A stretch of DNA of 64,000 bases, taken from positions 74,710,001-74,774,000 of the forward strand of contig OZ024743.1 of assembly GCA_964016885.1 (NCBI GenBank), in the 5' to 3' direction. The notes below the pieces were generated by a model. It worked only from the letters and a program-made list of their open reading frames with translations, ran no database searches and had not been told where the DNA came from. The position numbers were made by a program, and so were the translations under genes. This DNA comes from Eledone cirrhosa. Its lineage: Eukaryota. Positions within the stretch are counted from its first letter, which is position 1; every line of letters begins with the position of its first letter. Positions 1 through 18,000 of the stretch are shown piece after piece.

Positions 1-3000
1 TAGACACCACAACACCTATATGTAGCCATAGACACCACAATACCTATCTGTAGCCATAGACACCACAACACCTACCTGTGACCATAGACACCACAACACC
101 TATCTGTAGCCATAGACACCACAACACCTATCTGTGACCATAGACACCACAACACCTATCTGTGACCATAGACACCACAACACCTATATGTAGCCATAGA
201 CACCACAACACCTATCTGTAGCCATAGACACCACAACACCTATCTGTAGCCATAGACACCACAACACCTATCTGTAGCCATAGACACCACAACACCTATC
301 TGTAGCCATAGATACCACAACACCTATCTGTAGCCATAGACACCACAACACCTATCTGTAGCCATAGATACCACAACACCTATCTGTAGCCATAGACACC
401 ACAACACCTATCTGTAGCCATAGACACCACAACACCTATATGTAGCCATAGACACCACAACACCTATCTGTGACCATAGACACCACAACACCTATCTGTG
501 ACCATAGACACCACAACACCTATCTGTGACCATAGACACCACAACACCTATATGTAGCCATAGACACCACAATACCTATCTGTAGCCATAGACACCACAA
601 CACCTATCTGTGACCATAGACACCACAACACCTATCTGTAGCCATAGACACCACAACACCTATCTGTGACCATAGACACCACAACACCTATCTGTGACCA
701 TAGACACCACAACACCTATATGTAGCCATAGACACCACAACACCTATCTGTAGCCATAGACACCACAACACCTATCTGTGACCATAGACACCACAACACC
801 TATCTGTGACCATAGACACCACAACACCTATCTGTGACCATAGACACCACAACACCTATCTGTAGCCATAGACACCACAACACGTATCTGTGACCATAGA
901 CACCACAACACCTATCTGTAGCCATAGACACCACAACACCTATCTGTGACCATAGACACCACAACACCTATCTGTAGCCATAGACACCACAACACGTATC
1001 TGTAGCCATAGACACCACAACACCTATCTGTGACCATAGATACCACAACACCTGTCTGTAGCCATAGACACCACAACACCTATCTGTGACCATAGACACC
1101 ACAATACCTATCTGTGACCATAGATACCACAACACCTATCTGTAGCCATAGACACCACAACACCTATCTGTGACCATAGATACCACAACACCTGTCTGTA
1201 GCCATAGACACCACAACACCTATCTGTAGCCATAGACAACACAACACCTATCTGTAGCCATAGACACCACAACCCCTATATGTAGCCATAGATACCACAA
1301 CACCTATCTGTGACCATAGACACCACAACACCTATCTGTGACCATAGACACCACAACACCTATCTGTGACAATAGACACCACAACACCTATCTGTAGCCA
1401 TAGACACCACAACACCTATCTGTAGCCATAGACACCACAACACCTATCTGTGACCATAGACACCACAACACCTATCTGTGACCATAGACACCACAACACC
1501 TATCTCTAGCCATAGACACCACAACACCTATCTGTGACCATAGACACCACAACACCTATCTGTGACCATAGACACCACAACACCTATATGTAGCCATAGA
1601 CACCACAATACCTATCTGTAGCCATAGACACCACAACACCTATCTGTGACCATAGACACCACAACACCTATCTGTAGCCATAGACACCACAACACCTATC
1701 TGTGACCATAGACACCACAACACCTATCTGTGACCATAGACACCACAACACCTATTTGTAGCCATAGACACCACAACACCTATCTGTAGCCATAGACACC
1801 ACAACACCTATCTGTGACCATAGACACCACAACACCTATCTGTGACCATAGACACCACAACACCTATCTGTGACCATAGACACCACAACACCTATCTGTA
1901 GCCATAGACACCACAACACGTATCTGTGACCATAGACACCACAACACCTATCTGTAGCCATAGACACCACAACACCTATCTGTGACCATAGACACCACAA
2001 CACCTATCTGTAGCCATAGACACCACAACACGTATCTGTAGCCATAGACACCACAACACCTATCTGTGACCATAGATACCACAACACCTGTCTGTAGCCA
2101 TAGACACCACAACACCTATCTGTGACCATAGACACCACAATACCTATCTGTGACCATAGATACCACAACACCTATCTGTAGCCATAGACACCACAACACC
2201 TATCTGTGACCATAGATACCACAACACCTGTCTGTAGCCATAGACACCACAACACCTATCTGTAGCCATAGACACCACAACACCTATCTGTAGCCATAGA
2301 CACCACAACCCCTATATGTAGCCATAGATACCACAACACCTATCTGTGACCATAGACACCACAACACCTATCTGTGACCATAGACACCACAACACCTATC
2401 TGTGACAATAGACACCACAACACCTATCTGTAGCCATAGACACCACAACACCTATCTGTAGCCATAGACACCACAACACCTATCTGTGACCATAGACACC
2501 ACAACACCTATCTGTGACCATAGACACCACAACACCTATCTCTAGCCATAGACACCACAAAACCTATCTGTGACCATAGACACCACAACACCTATCTGTG
2601 ACCATAGACACCACAACACCTATCTGTAGCCATAGACACCACAACACCTATCTGTAGCCATAGATACCACAACACCTATCTGTAGCCATAGACACCACAA
2701 CACCTATCTGTAGCCATAGATACCACAACACCTATATGTAGCCATAGACACCACAACACCTATCTGTAGCCATAGACACCACAACACCTATCTGTAGCCA
2801 TAGACACCACAACACCTATCTGTAGCCATAGACACCACAACACCTATCTGTGACCATAGACACCACAACACCTATCTGTGACCATAGACACCACAACACC
2901 TATCTGTGACAATAGACACCACAACACCTATCTGTAGCCATAGACACCACAACACCTATCTGTAGCCATAGACACCACAACACCTATCTGTGACCATAGA

Positions 3001-6000
3001 CACCACAACACCTATCTGTGACCATAGACACCACAACACCTATCTGTGACCATAGATACCACAACACCTATCTGTAGCCATAGACACCACAACACCTATC
3101 TGTGACCATAGACACCACAACACCTATATGTAGCCATAGACACCACAACACCTATCTGTGACCATAGACACCACAACACCTATCTGTAGCCATAGACACC
3201 ACAACACCTATCTGTGACCATAGACACCACAACACCTATCTGTGACCATAGACACCACAACACCTATCTGTGACCATAGACACCACAACACCTATCTCTA
3301 GCCATAGACACCACAACACCTATCTGTGACCATAGACACCACAACACCTATCTGTGACCATAGACACCACAACACCTATCTGTAGCCATAGACACCACAA
3401 CACCTATCTGTAGCCATAGATACCACAACACCTATCTGTAGCCATAGACACCACAACACCTATCTGTAGCCATAGATACCACAACACCTATATGTAGCCA
3501 TAGACACCACAACACCTATCTGTAGCCATAGACACCACAACACCTATCTGTAGCCATAGACACCACAACACCTATCTGTAGCCATAGACACCACAACACC
3601 TATCTGTGACCATAGACACCACAACACCTATCTGTGACCATAGACACCACAACACCTATCTGTGACAATAGACACCACAACACCTATATGTAGCCATAGA
3701 CACCACAATACCTATCTGTAGCCATAGACACCACAACACCTACCTGTGACCATAGACACCACAACACCTATCTGTAGCCATAGACACCACAACACCTATC
3801 TGTGACCATAGACACCACAACACCTATCTGTGACCATAGACACCACAACACCTATCTGTGACCATAGACACCACAACACCTATATGTAGCCATAGACACC
3901 ACAACACCTATCTGTAGCCATAGACACCACAACACCTATCTGTGACCATAGACACCACAACACCTATCTGTGACCATAGACACCACAACACCTATCTGTG
4001 ACCATAGACACCACAACACCTATCTGTAGCCATAGACACCACAACACGTATCTGTGACCATAGACACCACAACACCTATCTGTAGCCATAGACACCACAA
4101 CACCTATCTGTGACCATAGACACCACAACACCTATCTGTAGCCATAGACACCACAACACGTATCTGTAGCCATAGACACCACAACACCTATCTGTGACCA
4201 TAGATACCACAACACCTGTCTGTAGCCATAGACACCACATCACCTATCTGTGACCATAGACACCACAATACCTATCTGTGACCATAGATACCACAACACC
4301 TATCTGTAGCCATAGACACCACAACACCTATCTGTGACCATAGATACCACAACACCTGTCTGTAGCCATAGACACCACAACACCTATCTGTAGCCATAGA
4401 CACCACAACACCTATCTGTAGCCATAGACACCACAACCCCTATATGTAGCCATAGATACCACAACACCTATCTGTGACCATAGACACCACAACACCTATC
4501 TGTGACCATAGACACCACAACACCTATCTGTGACAATAGACACCACAACACCTATCTGTAGCCATAGACACCACAACACCTATCTGTAGCCATAGACACC
4601 ACAACACCTATCTGTGACCATAGACACCACAACACCTATCTGTGACCATAGACACCACAACACCTATCTCTAGCCATAGACACCACAACACCTATCTGTG
4701 ACCATAGACACCACAACACCTATCTGTGACCATAGACACCACAACACCTATCTGTAGCCATAGACACCACAACACCTATCTGTAGCCATAGATACCACAA
4801 CACCTATCTGTAGCTATAGACACCACAACACCTATCTGTAGCCATAGATACCACAACACCTATATGTAGCCATAGACACCACAACACCTATCTGTAGCCA
4901 TAGACACCACAACACCTATCTGTAGCCATAGACACCACAACACCTATCTGTAGCCATAGACACCACAACACCTATCTGTGACCATAGACACCACAACACC
5001 TATCTGTGACCATAGACACCACAACACCTATCTGTGACAATAGACACCACAACACCTATCTGTAGCCATAGACACCACAACACCTATCTGTAGCCATAGA
5101 CACCACAACACCTATCTGTGACCATAGACACCACAACACCTATCTGTGACCATAGACACCACAACACCTATCTGTGACCATAGATACCACAACACCTATC
5201 TGTAGCCATAGACACCACAACACCTATCTGTGACCATAGACACCACAACACCTATATGTAGCCATAGACACCACAACACCTATCTGTGACCATAGACACC
5301 ACAACACCTATCTGTAGCCATAGACACCACAACACCTATCTGTGACCATAGACACCACAACACCTATCTGTGACCATAGACACCACAACACCTATCTGTG
5401 ACCATAGACACCACAACACCTATCTCTAGCCATAGACACCACAACACCTATCTGTGACCATAGACACCACAACACCTATCTGTGACCATAGACACCACAA
5501 CACCTATCTGTAGCCATAGACACCACAACACCTATCTGTAGCCATAGATACCACAACACCTATCTGTAGCCATAGACACCACAACACCTATCTGTAGCCA
5601 TAGATACCACAACACCTATATGTAGCCATAGACACCACAACACCTATCTGTAGCCATAGACACCACAACACCTATCTGTAGCCATAGACACCACAACACC
5701 TATCTGTAGCCATAGACACCACAACACCTATCTGTGACCATAGACACCACAACACCTATCTGTGACCATAGACACCACAACACCTATCTGTGACAATAGA
5801 CACCACAACACCTATATGTAGCCATAGACACCACAATACCTATCTGTAGCCATAGACACCACAACACCAACCTGTGACCATAGACACCACAACACCTATC
5901 TGTAGCCATAGACACCACAACACCTATCTGTGACCATAGACACCACAACACCTATCTGTGACCATAGACACCACAACACCTATCTGTGACCATAGACACC

Positions 6001-9000
6001 ACAACACCTATATGTAGCCATAGACACCACAACACCTATCTGTAGCCATAGACACCACAACACCTATCTGTAGCCATAGACACCACAACACCTATCTGTA
6101 GCCATAGACACCACAACACCTATCTGTAGCCATAGATACCACAACACCTATCTGTAGCCATAGACACCACAACACCTATCTGTAGCCATAGATACCACAA
6201 CACCTATCTGTAGCCATAGACACCACAACACCTATCTGTAGCCATAGACACCACAACACCTATATGTAGCCATAGACACCACAACACCTATCTGTGACCA
6301 TAGACACCACAACACCTATCTGTGACCATAGACACCACAACACCTATCTGTGACCATAGACACCACAACACCTATATGTAGCCATAGACACCACAATACC
6401 TATCTGTAGCCATAGACACCACAACACCTATCGGTGACCATAGACACCACAACACCTATCTGTAGCCAAAGACACCACAACACCTATCTGTGACCATAGA
6501 CACCACAACACCTATCTGTGACCATAGACACCACAACACCTATATGTAGCCATAGACACCACAACACCTATCTGTAGCCATAGACACCACAACACCTATC
6601 TGTGACCATAGACACCACAACACCTATCTGTGACCATAGACACCACAACACCTATCTGTGACCATAGACACCACAACACCTATCTGTAGCCATAGACACC
6701 ACAACACGTATCTGTGACCATAGACACCACAACACCTATCTGTAGCCATAGACACCACAACACCTATCTGTGACCATAGACACCACAACACCTATCTGTA
6801 GCCATAGACACCACAACACGTATCTGTAGCCATAGACACTACAACACCTATCTGTGACCATAGATACCACAACACCTGTCTGTAGCCATAGACACCACAA
6901 CACCTATCTGTGACCATAGACACCACAATACCTATCTGTGACCATAGATACAACAACACCTATCTGTAGCCATAGACACCACAACACCTATCTGTGACCA
7001 TAGATACCACAACACCTGTCTGTAGCCATAGACACCACAACACCTATCTGTAGCCATAGACACCACAACACCTATCTGTAGCCATAGACACCACAACACC
7101 TATATGTAGCCATAGACACCACAACACGTATCTGTGACCATAGACACCACAACACCTATCTGTGACCATAGACACCACAACACCTATCTGTAGCCATAGA
7201 CACCACAACACCTATCTGTGACCATAGATACCACAACACCTATCTGTGACCATAGACACCACAACACCTATCTGTGACCATAGACACCACAACACCTATC
7301 TGTGACCATAGACACCACAACACCTATCTGTAGCCATAGACACCACAACACCTATCTGTAGCCATAGACACCACAACACCTATATGTAGCCATAGACACC
7401 ACAACACCTATCTGTGACCATAGACACCACAACACCTATCTGTGAACATAGACACCACAACACCTATATGTAGCCATAGACACCACAACACCTATCTGTA
7501 GCCATAGACACCACAACACCTATCTGTAGCCATAGACACCACAACACCTATATGTAGCCATAGACACCACAACACCTATCTGTAGCCATAGACACCACAA
7601 CACCTATCTGTAGCCATAGACACCACAACACCTATATGTAGCCATAGACACCACAACACCTATCTGTGACCATAGACACCACAACACCTATTTGTGACCA
7701 TAGACACCACAACACCTATCTGTGACCATAGACACCACAACACCTATCTGTGAACATAGACACCACAACACCTATATGTAGCCATAGACACCACAACACC
7801 TATCTGTAGCCATAGACACCACAACACCTATCTGTAGCCATAGACACCACAACACCTATATGTAGCCATAGACACCACAACACCTATCTGTGACCATAGA
7901 CACCACAACACCTATCTGTGAACATAGACACCACAACACCTATATGTAGCCATAGACACCACAACACCTATCTGTAGCCATAGACACCACAACACCTATC
8001 TGTAGCCATAGACACTACAACACCTATCTGTGACCATAGACACCACAACACCTATCTGTGACCATAGACACCACAACACCTATCTGTGAACATAGACACC
8101 ACAACACCTATATGTAGCCATAGACACCACAACACCTATCTGTAGCCATAGACACCACAACACCTATCTGTAGCCATAGACACCACAACACCTATATGTA
8201 GCCATAGACACCACAACACCTATCTGTGACCATAGACACCACAACACCTATCTGTGAACATAGACACCACAACACCTATATGTAGCCATAGACACCACAA
8301 CACCTATCTGTAGCCATAGACACCACAACACCTATCTGTAGCCATAGACACCACAACACCTATATGTAGCCATAGACACCACAACACCTATCTGTAGCCA
8401 TAGACACCACAACACCTATCTGTAGCCATAGACACCACAACACCTATATGTAGCCATAGACACCACAACACCTATCTGTGACCATAGACACCACAACACC
8501 TATTTGTGACCATAGACACCACAACACCTATCTGTGACCATAGACACCACAACACCTATCTGTGACCATAGATACCACAACACCTATCTGTAGCCATAGA
8601 CACTACAACACCTATCTGTGACCATAGACACCACAACACCTATCTGTGACCATAGACACCACAACACCTATCTGTAGCCATAGACACCACAACACCTATC
8701 TGTGACCATAGACACCACAACACCTATCTGTGACCATAGACACCACAACACCTATCTGTAGCCATAGACACCACAACACCTATCTGTGATCATAGACACC
8801 ACAACACCTATATGTAGCCATAGACACCACAACACCTATCTGTAGCCATAGACACCACAACACCTATCTGTGACCATAGACACCACAACACCTATCTGTA
8901 GCCATAGACACCACAACACCTATCTGTGACCATAGACACCACAACACCTATCTGTGACCATAGACACCACAATACCTATATGTAGCCATAGACACCACAA

Positions 9001-12000
9001 CACCTATCTGTAGCCATAGACACCACAACACCTATCTGTGACCATAGACACCACAACACCTATCTGTGACCATAGACACCACAACACCTATCTGTGACCA
9101 TAGACACCACAACACCTATCTGTAGCCATAGACACCACAACACGTAACTGTAGCCATAGACACCACAACACCTATCTGTGACCATAGATACCACAACACC
9201 TGTCTGTAGCCATAGACACCACAACACCTATCTCTGACCATAGACACCACAATACCTATCTGTGACCATAGATACCACAACACCTATCTGTAGCCATAGA
9301 CACCACAACACCTATCTGTGACCATAGATACCACAACACCTGTCTGTAGCCATAGACACCACAACACCTATCTGTAGCCATAGACACCACAACACCTATC
9401 TGTAGCCATAGACACCACAACACCTATATGTAGCCATAGACACCACAACACGTATCTGTGACCATAGACACCACAACACCTATCTGTAGCCATAGACACC
9501 ACAACACCTATCTGTGACCATAGTTACCACAACACCTATCTGTGACCATAGACACCACAACACCTATCTGTAGCCATAGACACCACAACACCTATCTGTG
9601 ACCATAGATACCACAACACCTATCTGTGACCATAGACACCACAACACCTATCTGTAGCCATAGACACCACAACACCTATCTGTAGCCATAGACACCACAA
9701 CACCTATCTGTAGCCATAGACACCACAACACCTATATGTAGCCATAGACACCACAACACCTATCTGTGACCATAGACACCACAACACCTATCTGTGACCA
9801 TAGACACCACAACACCTATCTGTAGCCATAGACACCACAACACCTATCTGTAGCCATAGACACCACAACACCTATATGTAGCCATAGACACCACAACACG
9901 TATCTGTGACCATAGACACCACAACATCTATCTGTGACCATAGACACCACAACACCTATCTGTAGCCATAGACACCACAACACGTATCTGTGACCATAGA
10001 CACCACAACACCTATCTGTGACCATAGACACCACAACACCTATCTGTAGCCATAGATACCACAACACCTATATGTAGCCATAGACACCACAACACCTATC
10101 TGTGACCATAGACACCACAACACCTATCTGTGAACATAGACACCACAACACCTATCTGTAGCCATAGACACCACAACACCTATATGTAGCCATAGACACC
10201 ACAACACCTATCTGTGACCATAGACACCACAACACCTATCTGTGACCATAGACACCACAACACCTATATGTAGCCATAGACACCACAACACCTATCTTTA
10301 GCCATAGACACCACAACACCTATCTGTAGCCATAGACACCACAACACCTATATGTAGCCATAGACACCACAACACCTATCTGTGACCATAGACACCACAA
10401 CACCTATTTGTGACCATAGACACCACAACACCTATCTGTGACCATAGACACCACAACACCTATCTGTGACCATAGATACCACAACACCTATCTGTAGCCA
10501 TAGACACCACAACACCTATCTGTGACCATAGACACCACAACACCTATCTGTAGCCATAGACACCACAACACCTATATGTAGCCATAGACACCACAACACC
10601 TATCTGTGACCATAGACACCACAACACCTATCTGTGACCATAGACACCACAACACCTATCTGTGACCATAGACACCACAACACCTATATGTAGCCATAGA
10701 CACCACAATACCTATCTGTAGCCATAGACACCACAACACCTATCGGTGACCATAGACACCACAACACCTATCTGTAGCCAAAGACACCACAACACCTATC
10801 TGTGACCATAGACACCACAACACCTATCTGTGACCATAGACACCACAACACCTATATGTAGCCATAGACACCACAACACCTATCTGTAGCCATAGACACC
10901 ACAACACCTATCTGTGACCATAGACACCACAACACCTATCTGTGACCATAGACACCACAACACCTATCTGTGACCATAGACACCACAACACCTATCTGTA
11001 GCCATAGACACCACAACACGTATCTGTGACCATAGACACCACAACACCTATCTGTAGCCATAGACACCACAACACCTATCTGTGACCATAGACACCACAA
11101 CACCTATCTGTAGCCATAGACACCACAACACGTATCTGTAGCCATAGACACCACAACACCTATCTGTGACCATAGATACCACAACACCTGTCTGTAGCCA
11201 TAGACACCACAACACCTATCTGTGACCATAGACACCACAATACCTATCTGTGACCATAGATACAACAACACCTATCTGTAGCCATAGACACCACAACACC
11301 TATCTGTGACCATAGATACCACAACACCTGTCTGTAGCCATAGACACCACAACACCTATCTGTAGCCATAGACACCACAACACCTATCTGTAGCCATAGA
11401 CACCACAACACCTATATGTAGCCATAGACACCACAACACGTATCTGTGACCATAGACACCACAACACCTATCTGTGACCATAGACACCACAACACCTATC
11501 TGTAGCCATAGACACCACAACACCTATCTGTGACCATAGATACCACAACACCTATCTGTGACCATAGACACCACAACACCTATCTGTGACCATAGACACC
11601 ACAACACCTATCTGTGACCATAGACACCACAACACCTATCTGTAGCCATAGACACCACAACACCTATCTGTAGCCATAGACACCACAACACCTATATGTA
11701 GCCATAGACACCACAACACCTATCTGTGACCATAGACACCACAACACCTATCTGTGAACATAGACACCACAACACCTATATGTAGCCATAGACACCACAA
11801 CACCTATCTGTAGCCATAGACACCACAACACCTATCTGTAGCCATAGACACCACAACACCTATATGTAGCCATAGACACCACAACACCTATCTGTAGCCA
11901 TAGACACCACAACACCTATCTGTAGCCATAGACACCACAACACCTATATGTAGCCATAGACACCACAACACCTATCTGTGACCATAGACACCACAACACC

Positions 12001-15000
12001 TATTTGTGACCATAGACACCACAACACCTATCTGTGACCATAGACACCACAACACCTATCTGTGAACATAGACACCACAACACCTATATGTAGCCATAGA
12101 CACCACAACACCTATCTGTAGCCATAGACACCACAACACCTATCTGTAGCCATAGACACCACAACACCTATATGTAGCCATAGACACCACAACACCTATC
12201 TGTGACCATAGACACCACAACACCTATCTGTGAACATAGACACCACAACACCTATATGTAGCCATAGACACCACAACACCTATCTGTAGCCATAGACACA
12301 ACAACACCTATCTGTAGCCATAGACACTACAACACCTATCTGTGACCATAGACACCACAACACCTATCTGTGACCATAGACACCACAACACCTATCTGTG
12401 AACATAGACACCACAACACCTATATGTAGCCATAGACACCACAACACCTATCTGTAGCCATAGACACCACAACACCTATCTGTAGCCATAGACACCACAA
12501 CACCTATATGTAGCCATAGACACCACAACACCTATCTGTGACCATAGACACCACAACACCTATCTGTGAACATAGACACCACAACACCTATATGTAGCCA
12601 TAGACACCACAACACCTATCTGTAGCCATAGACACCACAACACCTATCTGTAGCCATAGACACCACAACACCTATATGTAGCCATAGACACCACAACACC
12701 TATCTGTAGCCATAGACACCACAACACCTATCTGTAGCCATAGACACCACAACACCTATATGTAGCCATAGACACCACAACACCTATCTGTGACCATAGA
12801 CACCACAACACCTATTTGTGACCATAGACACCACAACACCTATCTGTGACCATAGACACCACAACACCTATCTGTGACCATAGATACCACAACACCTATC
12901 TGTAGCCATAGACACTACAACACCTATCTGTGACCATAGACACCACAACACCTATCTGTGACCATAGACACCACAACACCTATCTGTAGCCATAGACACC
13001 ACAACACCTATCTGTGACCATAGACACCACAACACCTATCTGTGACCATAGACACCACAACACCTATCTGTAGCCATAGACACCACAACACCTATCTGTG
13101 ACCATAGATACAACAACACCTATATGTAGCCATAGACACCACAACACCTATCTGTAGCCATAGACACCACAACACCTATCTGTAGCCATAGACACCACAA
13201 CACCTATATGTAGCCATAGACACCACAACACCTATCTGTGACCATAGACACCACAACACCTATCTGTGAACATAGACACCACAACACCTATATGTAGCCA
13301 TAGACACCACAACACCTATCTGTAGCCATAGACACCACAACACCTATCTGTAGCCATAGACACTACAACACCTATCTGTGACCATAGACACCACAACACC
13401 TATCTGTGACCATAGACACCACAACACCTATCTGTGACCATAGACACCACAACACCTATCTGTGACCATAGATACCACAACACCTATCTGTAGCCATAGA
13501 CACTACAACACCTATCTGTGACCATAGACACCACAACACCTATCTGTGACCATAGACACCACAACACCTATCTGTAGCCATAGACACCACAACACCTATC
13601 TGTGACCATAGACACCACAACACCTATCTGTGACCATAGACACCACAACACCTATCTGTAGCCATAGACACCACAACACCTATCTGTGATCATAGACACC
13701 ACAACACCTATATGTAGCCATAGACACCACAACACCTATCTGTAGCCATAGACACCACAACACCTATCTGTGACCATAGACACCACAACACCTATCTGTA
13801 GCCATAGACACCACAACACCTATCTGTGACCATAGACACCACAACACCTATCTGTGACCATAGACACCACAATACCTATATGTAGCCATAGACACCACAA
13901 CACCTATCTGTAGCCATAGACACCACAACACCTATCTGTGACCATAGACACCACAACACCTATCTGTGACCATAGACACCACAACACCTATCTGTGACCA
14001 TAGACACCACAACACCTATCTGTAGCCATAGACACCACAACACGTAACTGTAGCCATAGACACCACAACACCTATCTGTGACCATAGATACCACAACACC
14101 TGTCTGTAGCCATAGACACCACAACACCTATCTCTGACCATAGACACCACAATACCTATCTGTGACCATAGATACCACAACACCTATCTGTAGCCATAGA
14201 CACCACAACACCTATCTGTGACCATAGATACCACAACACCTGTCTGTAGCCATAGACACCACAACACCTATCTGTAGCCATAGACACCACAACACCTATC
14301 TGTAGCCATAGACACCACAACACCTATATGTAGCCATAGACACCACAACACGTATCTGTGACCATAGACACCACAACACCTATCTGTAGCCATAGACACC
14401 ACAACACCTATCTGTGACCATAGTTACCACAACACCTATCTGTGACCATAGACACCACAACACCTATCTGTAGCCATAGACACCACAACACCTATCTGTG
14501 ACCATAGATACCACAACACCTATCTGTGACCATAGACACCACAACACCTATCTGTAGCCATAGACACCACAACACCTATCTGTAGCCATAGACACCACAA
14601 CACCTATCTGTAGCCATAGACACCACAACACCTATATGTAGCCATAGACACCACAACACCTATCTGTGACCATAGACACCACAACACCTATCTGTGACCA
14701 TAGACACCACAACACCTATCTGTAGCCATAGACACCACAACACCTATCTGTAGCCATAGACACCACAACACCTATATGTAGCCATAGACACCACAACACG
14801 TATCTGTGACCATAGACACCACAACATCTATCTGTGACCATAGACACCACAACACCTATCTGTAGCCATAGACACCACAACACGTATCTGTGACCATAGA
14901 CACCACAACACCTATCTGTGACCATAGACACCACAACACCTATCTGTAGCCATAGATACCACAACACCTATATGTAGCCATAGACACCACAACACCTATC

Positions 15001-18000
15001 TGTGACCATAGACACCACAACACCTATCTGTGAACATAGACACCACAACACCTATCTGTAGCCATAGACACCACAACACCTATATGTAGCCATAGACACC
15101 ACAACACCTATCTGTGACCATAGACACCACAACACCTATCTGTGACCATAGACACCACAACACCTATATGTAGCCATAGACACCACAACACCTATCTTTA
15201 GCCATAGACACCACAACACCTATCTGTAGCCATAGACACCACAACACCTATATGTAGCCATAGACACCACAACACCTATCTGTGACCATAGACACCACAA
15301 CACCTATTTGTGACCATAGACACCACAACACCTATCTGTGACCATAGACACCACAACACCTATCTGTGACCATAGATACCACAACACCTATCTGTAGCCA
15401 TAGACACCACAACACCTATCTGTGACCATAGACACCACAACACCTATCTGTAGCCATAGACACCACAACACCTATATGTAGCCATAGACACCACAACACC
15501 TATCTGTGACCATAGACACCACAACACCTATCTGTGACCATAGACACCACAACACCTATCTGTGACCATAGACACCACAACACCTATATGTAGCCATAGA
15601 CACCACAATACCTATCTGTAGCCATAGACACCACAACACCTATCGGTGACCATAGACACCACAACACCTATCTGTAGCCAAAGACACCACAACACCTATC
15701 TGTGACCATAGACACCACAACACCTATCTGTGACCATAGACACCACAACACCTATATGTAGCCATAGACACCACAACACCTATCTGTAGCCATAGACACC
15801 ACAACACCTATCTGTGACCATAGACACCACAACACCTATCTGTGACCATAGACACCACAACACCTATCTGTGACCATAGACACCACAACACCTATCTGTA
15901 GCCATAGACACCACAACACGTATCTGTGACCATAGACACCACAACACCTATCTGTAGCCATAGACACCACAACACCTATCTGTGACCATAGACACCACAA
16001 CACCTATCTGTAGCCATAGACACCACAACACGTATCTGTAGCCATAGACACCACAACACCTATCTGTGACCATAGATACCACAACACCTGTCTGTAGCCA
16101 TAGACACCACAACACCTATCTGTGACCATAGACACCACAATACCTATCTGTGACCATAGATACAACAACACCTATCTGTAGCCATAGACACCACAACACC
16201 TATCTGTGACCATAGATACCACAACACCTGTCTGTAGCCATAGACACCACAACACCTATCTGTAGCCATAGACACCACAACACCTATCTGTAGCCATAGA
16301 CACCACAACACCTATATGTAGCCATAGACACCACAACACGTATCTGTGACCATAGACACCACAACACCTATCTGTGACCATAGACACCACAACACCTATC
16401 TGTAGCCATAGACACCACAACACCTATCTGTGACCATAGATACCACAACACCTATCTGTGACCATAGACACCACAACACCTATCTGTGACCATAGACACC
16501 ACAACACCTATCTGTGACCATAGACACCACAACACCTATCTGTAGCCATAGACACCACAACACCTATCTGTAGCCATAGACACCACAACACCTATATGTA
16601 GCCATAGACACCACAACACCTATCTGTGACCATAGACACCACAACACCTATCTGTGAACATAGACACCACAACACCTATATGTAGCCATAGACACCACAA
16701 CACCTATCTGTAGCCATAGACACCACAACACCTATCTGTAGCCATAGACACCACAACACCTATATGTAGCCATAGACACCACAACACCTATCTGTAGCCA
16801 TAGACACCACAACACCTATCTGTAGCCATAGACACCACAACACCTATATGTAGCCATAGACACCACAACACCTATCTGTGACCATAGACACCACAACACC
16901 TATTTGTGACCATAGACACCACAACACCTATCTGTGACCATAGACACCACAACACCTATCTGTGAACATAGACACCACAACACCTATATGTAGCCATAGA
17001 CACCACAACACCTATCTGTAGCCATAGACACCACAACACCTATCTGTAGCCATAGACACCACAACACCTATATGTAGCCATAGACACCACAACACCTATC
17101 TGTGACCATAGACACCACAACACCTATCTGTGAACATAGACACCACAACACCTATATGTAGCCATAGACACCACAACACCTATCTGTAGCCATAGACACC
17201 ACAACACCTATCTGTAGCCATAGACACTACAACACCTATCTGTGACCATAGACACCACAACACCTATCTGTGACCATAGACACCACAACACCTATCTGTG
17301 AACATAGACACCACAACACCTATATGTAGCCATAGACACCACAACACCTATCTGTAGCCATAGACACCACAACACCTATCTGTAGCCATAGACACCACAA
17401 CACCTATATGTAGCCATAGACACCACAACACCTATCTGTGACCATAGACACCACAACACCTATCTGTGAACATAGACACCACAACACCTATATGTAGCCA
17501 TAGACACCACAACACCTATCTGTAGCCATAGACACCACAACACCTATCTGTAGCCATAGACACCACAACACCTATATGTAGCCATAGACACCACAACACC
17601 TATCTGTAGCCATAGACACCACAACACCTATCTGTAGCCATAGACACCACAACACCTATATGTAGCCATAGACACCACAACACCTATCTGTGACCATAGA
17701 CACCACAACACCTATTTGTGACCATAGACACCACAACACCTATCTGTGACCATAGACACCACAACACCTATCTGTGACCATAGATACCACAACACCTATC
17801 TGTAGCCATAGACACTACAACACCTATCTGTGACCATAGACACCACAACACCTATCTGTGACCATAGACACCACAACACCTATCTGTAGCCATAGACACC
17901 ACAACACCTATCTGTGACCATAGACACCACAACACCTATCTGTGACCATAGACACCACAACACCTATCTGTAGCCATAGACACCACAACACCTATCTGTG